Positions 18,568-27,341 of a stretch of 64,000 nucleotides of DNA are shown in pieces. The notes under the pieces are model-generated. The model had not been told where the DNA came from and ran no database searches. It was given only the letters and a program-made list of their open reading frames with translations. Within the stretch, counting starts at the first letter, position 1. Each line of letters begins with the position of its first letter. Source of the DNA: an uncultured Alistipes sp. Its GTDB lineage: Bacteria > Bacteroidota > Bacteroidia > Bacteroidales > UBA932. The DNA lies in NCBI GenBank assembly GCA_900544195.1, contig UQUJ01000001.1, positions 45,342 to 109,341 on the forward strand, in the 5' to 3' direction. A program made the translations under genes and the position numbers.

Positions 18568-20238
18568 TTAGAAGTTACCCTTGGCGGCGTTGTCCCACCA
18601 TACGCGGGTTCCGCCCTGGTCGCCGGAGTGGCCGGTCTTGCTGGAGTTCTCCTTGTTGAGGAGCTCGATACCGGTCTTGAGACCCTCGGCGTTGGTGTCA
18701 CCGGCATTGCTGCTGTAGATCTGGCGGCGTACGCCTTCCTCTGTGGTGACGGCTCCGTTGCTCTCGTTGACGTAGGCAGGGAAGAGAACCGGATAGCCGG
18801 TACGCCTCTGCTCGGCCCAGGCCTCGGTTGAGAGAGGGAAGAGCGCGATGTACTTCTGGGTCATGATGCGGGCGAGCTTGTCCTCGTTGGAGGCATTGTT
18901 GTCCCACTTCACGCCCAGCTTGTTGAGGGCTTTGGTGTTGAGTTTCGGATCGAAAGGATCGACGAAATCAATCTGCGTGTCGGTTCCGCTGATGTACTTC
19001 TCGACAGCGCCTTTCGCATATTCCGCGATCTCGGCGTACTTGCCCTTGTAGGCAAGCTCATTCGCCATCGAGGTTCTGATGCCTTCCTCGTAGAGGGACT
19101 TCACGTCGCCGGATGTCCAGCCCCTGAGGGCGGCCTCGGCAAGGAGGAAGTAGGACTCGGCCTGCTTGAAGATCGGAAGCGGAGCGCTGTAGATGCCCTT
19201 GCTGTTGTTGCCGTCTACCCAACCGGAGAGCTTGCCCCAGTTGTTCGGCTTGCCTGGCAGACCGCTGGCGAACCTGATGCCGTAGTAGCCGGTTCCCTTC
19301 GCAACTTCCTTTCCGTCGGAGGTGGTGAACTTGTCCTGGTTCTTCGCCATGTACAGAGGCTGGCGAGGATCCTTGAGACCTGACATCAATGTCACGAGGT
19401 TGGCGTTGAATCCGCAGTCTCCCCAAGCGAACATAAGCCAAAGCTCGTTCTCTAGACTCTTGTCGATCATGATGTCCTTGCCGCCGTTGGCGAGGGTGTT
19501 GCCCGCTGCCGCCTTGGCGATCGCAGGAAGGTCGTAGCCCGCGGCCTTCATCTCGTCCGCTCTCTTGGAAAGACGCAGGGCGATACGGAGTCTCATCGTG
19601 TTGGCCACCTTCTTCCACATCTCGAAGTCGCCGCCGCACCAGATGTCGAATGTGCCGAGTCCGGCCTTTTCGTCATCTGTAGGCTTGTTGAAGGCGTCCA
19701 ATGCCTTCTGAGTGTCGTCAAGCATTGTCTGGTAGAGCTGCTGCTGGCTGTCAAACGGGAAGTATGACTCATATTCACCGGACAGGATGGAGCTGTGGGC
19801 GAGAGGGCCGTACACGTCGGTGGTCATCATAAGGCTGTAGGCCTGTACGATTCTCATCACGCCGGCGAGGGCTGGCTGGTTCTTGCCGTCAAGGGTGGCG
19901 ATCAGTCGCCTTGTGTTGTTGAACACGTGGAGGTAGTGGTTCTCGTACATACCGCCCGAGTGTCCTCTGTTCTCGCCCATGTCACCGTTGGTGAAGTTTC
20001 CGTTAGGGGTCATGAAGTAACCGCTGTAGAAATCCACGGTGAGGTTTGTCCAGAACTGGAACATGTTCTGCTGAGGAGGGTAGCAGTACTGCATCGGCTC
20101 AGCGCACTGGGATGAGAGAGGAAGATCGCCCGGGTTCACCTGGACATCGCTTGTGTTCATCTTCTCGAAGTCGCCCGTACAGGCTACGATTCCGAGTCCG
20201 AACAAGGCCGCTACTGAATATTTTAAAATATTTTTCAT
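18568..20238 (-). CDS. SusD-like (RagB/SusD superfamily, SusD-like_2/3 type) outer-membrane lipoprotein
   Basis: Lipoprotein signal (..LGIVACTGDFEKMN); 556 aa; directly downstream of a SusC gene. Classic SusD motifs are weaker than in the other two SusD genes. Confidence 0.75.
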   Translation of the reverse strand: MKNILKYSVAALFGLGIVACTGDFEKMNTSDVQVNPGDLPLSSQCAEPMQYCYPPQQNMFQFWTNLTVDFYSGYFMTPNGNFTNGDMGENRGHSGGMYENHYLHVFNNTRRLIATLDGKNQPALAGVMRIVQAYSLMMTTDVYGPLAHSSILSGEYESYFPFDSQQQLYQTMLDDTQKALDAFNKPTDDEKAGLGTFDIWCGGDFEMWKKVANTMRLRIALRLSKRADEMKAAGYDLPAIAKAAAGNTLANGGKDIMIDKSLENELWLMFAWGDCGFNANLVTLMSGLKDPRQPLYMAKNQDKFTTSDGKEVAKGTGYYGIRFASGLPGKPNNWGKLSGWVDGNNSKGIYSAPLPIFKQAESYFLLAEAALRGWTSGDVKSLYEEGIRTSMANELAYKGKYAEIAEYAKGAVEKYISGTDTQIDFVDPFDPKLNTKALNKLGVKWDNNASNEDKLARIMTQKYIALFPLSTEAWAEQRRTGYPVLFPAYVNESNGAVTTEEGVRRQIYSSNAGDTNAEGLKTGIELLNKENSSKTGHSGDQGGTRVWWDNAAKGNF

Positions 20239-20252
20239 TGTCTTGGAAATTT

Positions 20253-23200
20253 TTAGAAGTTGAGTTTAAGGTTCAGACCGAAGCTGCGTGAGGTAGGGAG
20301 GGCGAACATGTCGATGCCCTGCCAGCCGTTGCCTGTACCTGCTGAGACATCAGGGTCGCAAGGTGCGTCCTTGTAGAAGAAGAACAGGTTGCGGCCGATG
20401 ATGGATGCTGTCACGTTCTTGCCGTTGCCGAGGAGGTTACGGAATGTGTAGCCGAAGCTGAGCTCGCGCAGACGGACGTTGGTGGCGCTGTAGACGTAGT
20501 TCTCGTTGGCGTAAGGAGAGTTGAAGTTGCTGGCTCCCGTGGTCTCGTACCAAGCCCTTGGATCGAAGGAGACTCCGTCAACGGTGATGGAGCCGGCGTC
20601 GCGGGCCTCGCCTGACCTCTGTGACACACCCCAGCCGTCCAGCGTGGCCTCGGTCATGGAGATGACCTTGCCGCCGAATCTCGCGTCGATGAGCATCGAG
20701 AGATTGAAGTTCTTGTAGCGGAATGAGTTACTCCAGCCGGCGTAAACCTTGGAGTTCATGTTGCCGACATGCTTGAGCTGGTCGTTGTTGTCGTCGCCGA
20801 GGATCGGCTGTCCGGCATCGTTCTTCTTGATCTTGCCGCTCTCGTCCCTGAGGATCTGGCGTACATAGAGGTCACCGTAGGAACCACCTTCCTTGAGGAT
20901 GATCTTGGCGCCTCCGAAGTTGGAGAGTGTAAGGCCGTTAGGAAGCTCGTCCACGAGTTCTACGATCTTGTTGTTGTTGTAGGAGAAGTTCACTCCTGTC
21001 TCCCAGCTGAAGTCGTTGCTGAACTGCTCGTACCAGCTGGCGGTCATCTCGATACCCTGGTTCTCCACATTACCGGCGTTCACATAGCGGTTGCGCAGAC
21101 CGGACTCGTAAGGAGAGGCTACGGAGAAGAACTGGTTCTTGGTGTTGGTCTTGTACCAGGTGGCGGAGACGTTGAGCCTGTTGTTGAAGAAGGCTCCGTC
21201 GAAACCGGCCTCGATGGAGTGGGTCATCTCAGGCTTGAGGGTTCTGAAAGGAGCGCTGTCCGGAGCGGAGATCGATCCCTGTGAGCCAAGGCTGTAGAGC
21301 AGGTTGGTCATGTAGACAGGGACATCGTTACCCACGATGGAGTAGCTTGCGCGGAACTTCACGAGGTCCACGGCAGGGCCGAGGTCGGCGAACTTGTTCA
21401 GAAGGAAGCTGGCTCCCACTGAAGGATAGAAGAATGACACATTGTCGGTGAAGGCAAGAGCCGATGACCAGTCGTTACGGGCGGTGACATCGATGAAGAG
21501 GCCTTCCTTGTAGCCGAACTGCGCGGTAGCGAACACGGCGTTAAGACGCTTCTCGGTGTTCCAGTGGCCACCCTTTCCGACAGACGACATATTCCCATAA
21601 TAGTTGTTAGGGGTGAATATGTTAGGGTAGTAGACGTTACCGTTGCCAGGGGCTGTGAACTGTGTTCCCTCAGCCCAGAGATCCACGTTTCCGGTCTTGC
21701 TGTGGGTGAAGCTGGAGCCGGTGGTCACGGAGAGTGAGAAGGTGTCGTTCCAGTTGTGGTTGTAGCCGACGAGCACATCGCCGTACATCTGGTCGCTGAA
21801 GTAGCGGTTGTCCTTCATTCTGCCCATAGGGTAGAGGTCACCGGTGCTGGAGGCGTAGGCGTTATGCACAAAGTGCTCCTCGCCCCTCTCGTAGCGGAGA
21901 CGGCCCTGTACGTAGAGATCCTTGATGATGTCCCATCTGACGCTGCCGCCGAACTCGTAGCGGTTGCGGTCAACGACCGGCTTCTGGCGGTTGAGCACCC
22001 AGTAAGGGTTGCTGTACTGCTGTTGCTTCGTGTTGGTCCAGTTCTGGACGTAGCAGCTGCGTGAGGCGTCATAGACCTCGTAGTTGTTCTTGTAGTGATC
22101 CCAGTCCTCGCCTCTCGGGAAGAGGTAGGCGCCGGTCAGAGGGTTCCAGAGGAATCCCGATGCGGACTGGTTCTCGATGTGCTGGTTGGTGAGCTTCGCG
22201 CTTGCCTCTATCTTGATGTTGTCGAGGACGGTGAAGTTGACCTTGGTGTTGAAGTTGTGGCTTCTGTACTCATTCTCAGGAGTCATGCCCTCTGAGTAGA
22301 CATTGCCGTAGGAGAAGTAGGCTCCGAAAGAGTCGTTTCCGCCGGACACGGCGAATGTGTTGTTGGTCGTGAAACCTGTGCGGAAGAACTTCTTGAGATA
22401 GTTCGGCGCCTTTGAGGAGAGCTTGCTGCCCCAGCTGTAGGTGCCGTTGTCCGACATCCCGTAGTTGTTCTGGAACTTAGGAAGCACCATAGGGCTTTCT
22501 GCTGTCGTGTTGCTGGACACGGTGACGTTCACCTTGCCTGCTGCCGCTGACTTTGTCGTGATCATGATCGCGCCGTTGGCGGCCACGGCACCGTAAAGCG
22601 CTGCGGCTGACGCACCTTTAAGGAGGGTGATGGACTTGATGTCGTCAGGGTTGATCGTGGACATCACATCGCCGCCGTCCCTCTCGCCACCATAGTTGGA
22701 GGCCACCTGGGATGAGGTGATGTTCTGCATCACAGGCACACCGTCCACAACAATGAGAGGCTGGTTGCTTCCGTTGATGGACTTGTTGCCTCGGAAGAGG
22801 ATCTTGGATGATCCGCCGGCTCCTGTCGAGTTAGGAGTGATGACCAGACCGGCGCTCTTTCCCTGGAGGGAGTTGATCATGTTGATGCTCTTGATGTCGT
22901 TGACATCCTTGCCGCCGACTGTCTCGGCAGCGTAGGTAAGGCTTTCCGACTGGCGGACCATACCCATGGCCGTCACCACGACTCCCTTGAGAGCTGTGGC
23001 TTCCTCGAGGATGACGATGTCGAGTGTGGCCTGGCCGTTCCAGACGATCTCCTTGGTCTCGTATCCGATGATGGAGACGGTGATCACATCGTTGGCCTTA
23101 AGATTGCCGAGTCTGAATTTACCGTCGATGTCTGTGGTCTCACCGGTGGTTCCACCTTTGACAAAAACGGCGGCGCCTACGACTGGGCCGTTGGCGTCCT

Positions 23201-23330
23201 TGACTGTACCGCTTACGGATCCTGCCCTGTCCTGGGCCGCCGCCGCGGCTGAGAACGACACGAACAGAACGATGGCTGCCACTACGGTCGCCATTCCTCT
23301 GAGTGTCGAAGATTTGATTCTGTTAAACAT
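20253..23330 (-). CDS. susC: SusC/RagA-family TonB-dependent transporter (start set at MFNRIKSS; the longer ORF to 23393 runs into a repeat element)
   Basis: Signal peptide, CarbopepD_reg N-domain (VSGTVKDANGPVVGAAVFVKGGTTGETTDIDGKF), plug block (LIVVDGVP, ALYGAVAANGAIMITTK), barrel ending KLNF. ATG at 23330-23328 verified. Confidence 0.9.
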   Translation of the reverse strand: MFNRIKSSTLRGMATVVAAIVLFVSFSAAAAAQDRAGSVSGTVKDANGPVVGAAVFVKGGTTGETTDIDGKFRLGNLKANDVITVSIIGYETKEIVWNGQATLDIVILEEATALKGVVVTAMGMVRQSESLTYAAETVGGKDVNDIKSINMINSLQGKSAGLVITPNSTGAGGSSKILFRGNKSINGSNQPLIVVDGVPVMQNITSSQVASNYGGERDGGDVMSTINPDDIKSITLLKGASAAALYGAVAANGAIMITTKSAAAGKVNVTVSSNTTAESPMVLPKFQNNYGMSDNGTYSWGSKLSSKAPNYLKKFFRTGFTTNNTFAVSGGNDSFGAYFSYGNVYSEGMTPENEYRSHNFNTKVNFTVLDNIKIEASAKLTNQHIENQSASGFLWNPLTGAYLFPRGEDWDHYKNNYEVYDASRSCYVQNWTNTKQQQYSNPYWVLNRQKPVVDRNRYEFGGSVRWDIIKDLYVQGRLRYERGEEHFVHNAYASSTGDLYPMGRMKDNRYFSDQMYGDVLVGYNHNWNDTFSLSVTTGSSFTHSKTGNVDLWAEGTQFTAPGNGNVYYPNIFTPNNYYGNMSSVGKGGHWNTEKRLNAVFATAQFGYKEGLFIDVTARNDWSSALAFTDNVSFFYPSVGASFLLNKFADLGPAVDLVKFRASYSIVGNDVPVYMTNLLYSLGSQGSISAPDSAPFRTLKPEMTHSIEAGFDGAFFNNRLNVSATWYKTNTKNQFFSVASPYESGLRNRYVNAGNVENQGIEMTASWYEQFSNDFSWETGVNFSYNNNKIVELVDELPNGLTLSNFGGAKIILKEGGSYGDLYVRQILRDESGKIKKNDAGQPILGDDNNDQLKHVGNMNSKVYAGWSNSFRYKNFNLSMLIDARFGGKVISMTEATLDGWGVSQRSGEARDAGSITVDGVSFDPRAWYETTGASNFNSPYANENYVYSATNVRLRELSFGYTFRNLLGNGKNVTASIIGRNLFFFYKDAPCDPDVSAGTGNGWQGIDMFALPTSRSFGLNLKLNF

Positions 23331-23363
23331 AATAATAAGATATTGGTAGTGTTTTCTATAGTT

Positions 23364-23462
23364 GAGTCCACTTGAAAAAGTACCATTCGCCACTTTTTAC
23401 CCCCGTTGGAAGTACCTGTGTGGCACATATTTTTCAAAAAAAAGACTTTTTCAAGTGGGCTC
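23364..23462. repeat. Palindromic MITE-like element P (99 bp, termini GAGTCCACTTGAAAAAGT / ACTTTTTCAAGTGG.CTC), complete copy
   Basis: Exact reverse complement of 43257-43355; the right half also appears at 638-698. Confidence 0.85.
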
Positions 23463-23936
23463 ATAGTTTTTATTTTTCATCCGGCGAAAAAGAGGAGCCG
23501 GCTCATTATGTCGTTTTTTTGTGTTTAGTATATTTATTCATTATGCAAAAATATGTGTCATTTTGTAAAAAACAAGAGATTCTCTTTAAAAATGACATTT
23601 TTATGAACCGTTTGTTTTAAAAATGGTAGCGAATCGCCTTGGACCCATATTTCGTGAAGGTTGTTCCCATAGATTGAATTATTCTAAAATAACGATTCCC
23701 TGACAGGCTAAACCGATAAAGTTGAAAAAACTCTTTGCAGTTAGAAATTGATTTCATAACTTGCGCCATCAAAATTTTTCAAGGATGTTTTCGGAAGCCC
23801 ACACATATCGACAGCAGCAGTTCCAGCAGGGATTTCAGAGCCAGAATGTTCAGGTCCTGAACGATTTCGTGTGTGCCGGTCTTCCAGCCTGACGGCATAT
23901 TCATTATGGAAAAAAGGATATTATGATTTAATATTG

Positions 23937-23973
23937 AAGGCTGGTTCCTCGTGGATCAGCCTTCTTTCTTTTT
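23937..23973 (+). terminator. Rho-independent terminator-like hairpin (GAAGGCTG-N12-CAGCCTTC followed by TTTCTTTTT) with no annotated upstream plus-strand gene
   Basis: 8-bp GC-rich stem followed by a T-run on the plus strand, ~40 bp downstream of a 110-bp GC-rich island (23785-23898) in an otherwise AT-rich intergenic region. Confidence 0.45.
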
Positions 23974-24030
23974 GAATCTGCTTAGTAAGCGTAAAAAAAT
24001 AAGTTGAACTAAATTTTGTGTCAGATTTAT

Positions 24031-24100
24031 GAGGATAGATTTCTTTTGGAAGAAGGAGTGTGCCGGTGGCACATGACTGATGAGAAAAGAAATATAGACC
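24031..24100. promoter_or_regulatory. 70-bp dispersed element containing palindrome TGTGCC-GGT-GGCACA (24059-24073), 109 bp upstream of glnA
   Basis: About 88% identical to 52644-52713, which is upstream of another gene; internal 15-bp inverted repeat read directly. Confidence 0.5.
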
Positions 24101-24208
24101 ATAAAGATATACAAATTGTTCAAGTTATTTTTTAATGATTACTTAGAGAATTTGATTACACAATATATAGTTTAAGGAAATACAACACCTTTAACAAATA
24201 GACAAATT

Positions 24209-26389
24209 ATGAGCATTGACAGATTTGATCTGGTGAAGGAATCCTTCGAGAAGAAGGCTGTTCCGGCTGAACGCCCTGAGGGCAAGACCTCCGACTATTA
24301 CGGAGAACTGGTCTTTGACCGTCCCAAGATGCACAAGTACTTGGACGTCAAGACTCTGAATGCGCTGCTTGACTGCATCGACAACGGCAAGTCCCTTGAC
24401 AGGGAGACCGCTGATGGAGTCGCAAAGGGTATGAAAGAGTGGGCTATGGAGCATCACGTGACCCACGTGACCCACTGGTTCCAGCCTCTGACAGAGGGCA
24501 CCGCCGAGAAGCATGATTCGCTGATCGACTATGACGGCAAAGGAGGAGTCATCGAGACATTCGACGGAAAATCTCTCGCGCAGCAGGAGCCTGACGCTTC
24601 TTCCTTCCCTAATGGAGGAATCCGCGCCACATTCGAGGCCAGAGGCTACACGGCCTGGGATCCGACTTCTCCGGTGTTCATCATGGATGACACCCTCTGC
24701 ATCCCGACCGTCTTCATCTCCTACACCGGTGAGGCCTTGGACTACAAAACCCCTCTCAAAAAGGCCCTCAAGGCCGTTTCTGATGCGGCCACTCCTATCT
24801 GCCGCCTCTTCGACAAGTCTGTCACTAAGGTATATTCCTACCTTGGATGGGAGCAGGAATATTTCCTTGTCGATGAATCCCTCTATGCCGCGAGGCCTGA
24901 CCTTATGATCACCGGCCGCACCCTGATGGGACACAGCTCATCCAAGAACCAACAGCTGGACGACCACTATTTCGGTGCCATTCCTTCAAGAGTCGCTGAG
25001 TTTATGCGTGATCTTGAGATTGCCGGTCACCGTCTTGGGATTCCGCTCAAGACCAGGCACAACGAGGTGGCTCCCAACCAGTTCGAGCTCGCTCCGATCT
25101 TCGGTGAGACCAACCTCGCCAACGACCAGAACCAGCTTGTGATGAACCTGATGAACAAGATCGCGCGCAAGCACGGTTTCGTGGTTCTGCTTCACGAAAA
25201 GCCTTTCGCAGGAGTGAACGGATCCGGCAAGCACAACAACTGGTCGCTCGGAACCGACACCGGCACAATGCTTCTGGCTCCGGGCAAGGATGCCAAGGGC
25301 AACCTCCAGTTCGTCACATTCTTCGTGAATGTGCTGGCTGCCGTTCAGAAGCACAACGCTTTGCTGAAGGCCTCCATAGCCACTGCCACCAACGCCCATC
25401 GTCTCGGCGCCAACGAGGCTCCGCCGGCAATCGTGTCCGCTTTCCTTGGCAGGACGATGACAGATGTGCTTCACAAACTGCTTGAGGTTCCGTCCGACAC
25501 TCCGATCGAGATCGCCGGGAAGAAGGGCAAAAGCGTTGGCCTTGTGGAGATTCCGGAGATATTCGTGGACAACACCGACCGCAACAGAACCTCTCCGTTC
25601 GCTTTCACGGGCAACCGCTTCGAGTTCCGCGCCGTGGGTTCGCTGGCCAATTGCGCCGGTGCGATGACCACACTGAACGCCGCTGTGGCTGAGCAACTTA
25701 TCTCGTTCAAGAAAAGCCTGGACAAGGAACTGGCAGCAGGCAAGGCTATGAATGTGGCCATCATGGACACCTTGAAGCCGATCATCGCGTCCATAATAGA
25801 TGTGGTCTGCTTCGACGGCAACGGCTACACCGATGAGTGGAAGGCCGAGGCGAAGAGGCGCGGGCTGGATGTCGAGACCAGCGTCCCGGAGATGATTAAG
25901 GTCTTCACGGCTCCTGAATCTGTGAATATGTTCAAGGAGACGGGGGTATATTCAGAAAAAGAGCTTCAGGCCCGCAATGAGGTGAAGTGGGAGACCTACA
26001 GCAAGATGATCCAGATCGAGTCGCGCGTGATGGCGAGAATGGCGATCAACCACATTATCCCGGCTGCCCTTGACTACAAGTCCAAGTTGCTGAAGGAGGT
26101 GGCGTTGAGCAAGAATGTCTTCGGCGGCACGGACGAGTGCAAGGAGGAGATCTACCTCATAAAGAGCATCTCGAAATACGTTGACCAGATCCGCGAGAAG
26201 GCGACCGCTATGGTCGAGGCGCGCAAGAAGGCGAATGTCCTTGAGGATGAATATGCCAAAGCAGTGGCCTACCACGAGATAGCCGAGAGCTTCTCCGCCC
26301 TCCGCCGTCCGATCGACAAGCTTGAGGAGATCGTGGACAACCGCACCTGGCCTCTCCCGAAGTACCGCGAGCTGCTGTTCATCAGCTAG
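24209..26389 (+). CDS. glnA: Glutamine synthetase type III (GSIII)
   Basis: 726 aa, the size typical of Bacteroides-type GSIII; conserved GS catalytic blocks (..NGSGKHNNWS.., ..EFR..GS..N..). Confidence 0.85.
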   Translation: MSIDRFDLVKESFEKKAVPAERPEGKTSDYYGELVFDRPKMHKYLDVKTLNALLDCIDNGKSLDRETADGVAKGMKEWAMEHHVTHVTHWFQPLTEGTAEKHDSLIDYDGKGGVIETFDGKSLAQQEPDASSFPNGGIRATFEARGYTAWDPTSPVFIMDDTLCIPTVFISYTGEALDYKTPLKKALKAVSDAATPICRLFDKSVTKVYSYLGWEQEYFLVDESLYAARPDLMITGRTLMGHSSSKNQQLDDHYFGAIPSRVAEFMRDLEIAGHRLGIPLKTRHNEVAPNQFELAPIFGETNLANDQNQLVMNLMNKIARKHGFVVLLHEKPFAGVNGSGKHNNWSLGTDTGTMLLAPGKDAKGNLQFVTFFVNVLAAVQKHNALLKASIATATNAHRLGANEAPPAIVSAFLGRTMTDVLHKLLEVPSDTPIEIAGKKGKSVGLVEIPEIFVDNTDRNRTSPFAFTGNRFEFRAVGSLANCAGAMTTLNAAVAEQLISFKKSLDKELAAGKAMNVAIMDTLKPIIASIIDVVCFDGNGYTDEWKAEAKRRGLDVETSVPEMIKVFTAPESVNMFKETGVYSEKELQARNEVKWETYSKMIQIESRVMARMAINHIIPAALDYKSKLLKEVALSKNVFGGTDECKEEIYLIKSISKYVDQIREKATAMVEARKKANVLEDEYAKAVAYHEIAESFSALRRPIDKLEEIVDNRTWPLPKYRELLFIS

Positions 26390-26418
26390 TTCCCGCATCG
26401 GTCACTGAGCAGCCTTTC

Positions 26419-26440
26419 GGTCACTGAGCTTGTCGAAGTG
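26419..26440. repeat. 22-nt dispersed motif GGTCRCTGARCYTGTYGAAGYG (copy 1 of 4)
   Basis: Same motif at 35751-35772, 44981-45002 and 48196-48217, all intergenic. Confidence 0.7.
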
Positions 26441-26469
26441 ACTATGTAATCATCAAAGCACTTTTACAA

Positions 26470-26539
26470 AGCGGCAAAGGCGTTCAAAAATAGAAAATTC
26501 CAGAATTTTGCACGTTACCAAAATTCTGGAATTTTTATT
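26470..26539. repeat. Long perfect hairpin (30-bp stem) with loop GCACGTTACC, 3' of glnA
   Basis: Stem GCGTTCAAAAATAGAAAATTCCAGAATTTT pairs with AAAATTCTGGAATTTTTATTTTCTGAACGC. It has the same architecture and loop as 45086-45158, but the stem sequence differs. Confidence 0.75.
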
Positions 26540-26613
26540 TTCTGAACGCGGTGTTTCTTTTTGAGTGGATTCCTTAAAACTCTATTATCTATGACTTGTG
26601 TCTGTGTCAGCCT

Positions 26614-26847
26614 CTATGCCTTGTGCCAGCTGGCGGAAGATTCTTGGATGATCTCATCAACCAGAAAGGCGTCACTCATATTCTGCAGACCGTTTCTTAA
26701 GTCGTTGAGATTGCAGTAGGTCTTTGAATTATAGAAAACAGCCATCGCCTTGTCTTCGGAAATGTCCAGCCTTTTGGCTAAAAGGGAGATGACTCTGGCA
26801 TATTTCATTTGGAGCAGAGTCTCATTTATTAAAGGATTTCCGTTCAT
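26614..26847 (-). CDS. Small protein, DUF3791-like (third gene of overlapping triad)
   Basis: 77 aa; start overlaps the stop of the upstream gene by 4 nt; paralogous in size and helical character to 27338-27565. Confidence 0.55.
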   Translation of the reverse strand: MNGNPLINETLLQMKYARVISLLAKRLDISEDKAMAVFYNSKTYCNLNDLRNGLQNMSDAFLVDEIIQESSASWHKA

Positions 26848-27341
26848 TGTTCTTCCTCCTTTATTTCACGCGCCTCAACAAATGTCAAGTGATTATCGAT
26901 AATGTTCTGGTTAAGAACGCAGATCTGATTGTTCGGCTTTTCATAAATCAATCTTTGAAGAGCCTCGTTTTCGGAAATCAAGCCAGAGGAGTATAACTCG
27001 ATTGTGTTGAATATCCTGTCGTTTGCTATTCCGCCTTCCACAATGTCAAACTGTCTCCAGTCGGAGCCTCCTTTCCTGTTGGAAATCACAAAATTCAGCC
27101 ATTCGGCGTTGTATTCATCGAAATGGAGGTATTGGTAGTCTCCGTTTGCAATTGCGGATGAATCCAGTTCATAGATATTGAGATATTTCTGTTTGCCTTG
27201 ATTCAAAGGTCTTGAGGCCCAGGATATTGCTTGAGCCTCCAAAGTTGTCAGATAGAATCCTTTGCCGAAGTCCAGATGATTCCGTCCGATATTGGCGAGC
27301 GGCTTGTCGACTATTGATGTGGAGCCGTGAAATACTTTCAT
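26844..27341 (-). CDS. DUF3990-like protein (possible H-Y-E type ADP-ribosyltransferase-fold domain)
   Basis: 165 aa; ordered motifs VFHGS ... GKGFYLTT ... QFDIVEGG resemble the H-G-S / aromatic-Y / catalytic-E pattern of ART folds; flanked by two small paralogous genes with 4-nt overlaps. Confidence 0.5.
   Translation of the reverse strand: MKVFHGSTSIVDKPLANIGRNHLDFGKGFYLTTLEAQAISWASRPLNQGKQKYLNIYELDSSAIANGDYQYLHFDEYNAEWLNFVISNRKGGSDWRQFDIVEGGIANDRIFNTIELYSSGLISENEALQRLIYEKPNNQICVLNQNIIDNHLTFVEAREIKEEEQ

Noticed and set aside
23414-23440. Sigma-54 promoter inside element P (TGGCAC-ATATT-TTTCA)
   Set aside because: The -24 box is good, but the conserved GC of the -12 box is replaced by TC, and the other copies are worse (TGGCAT). 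Although rpoN is in the window, this is most likely coincidental.
24059-24090. Sigma-54 glnA promoter at the TGTGCC-GGT-GGCACA palindrome
   Set aside because: TGGCAC is present, but no TTGC box follows at N4-N5 spacing (the sequence is TGGCACATGACTGATG). It is retained only as a candidate transcription-factor palindrome.
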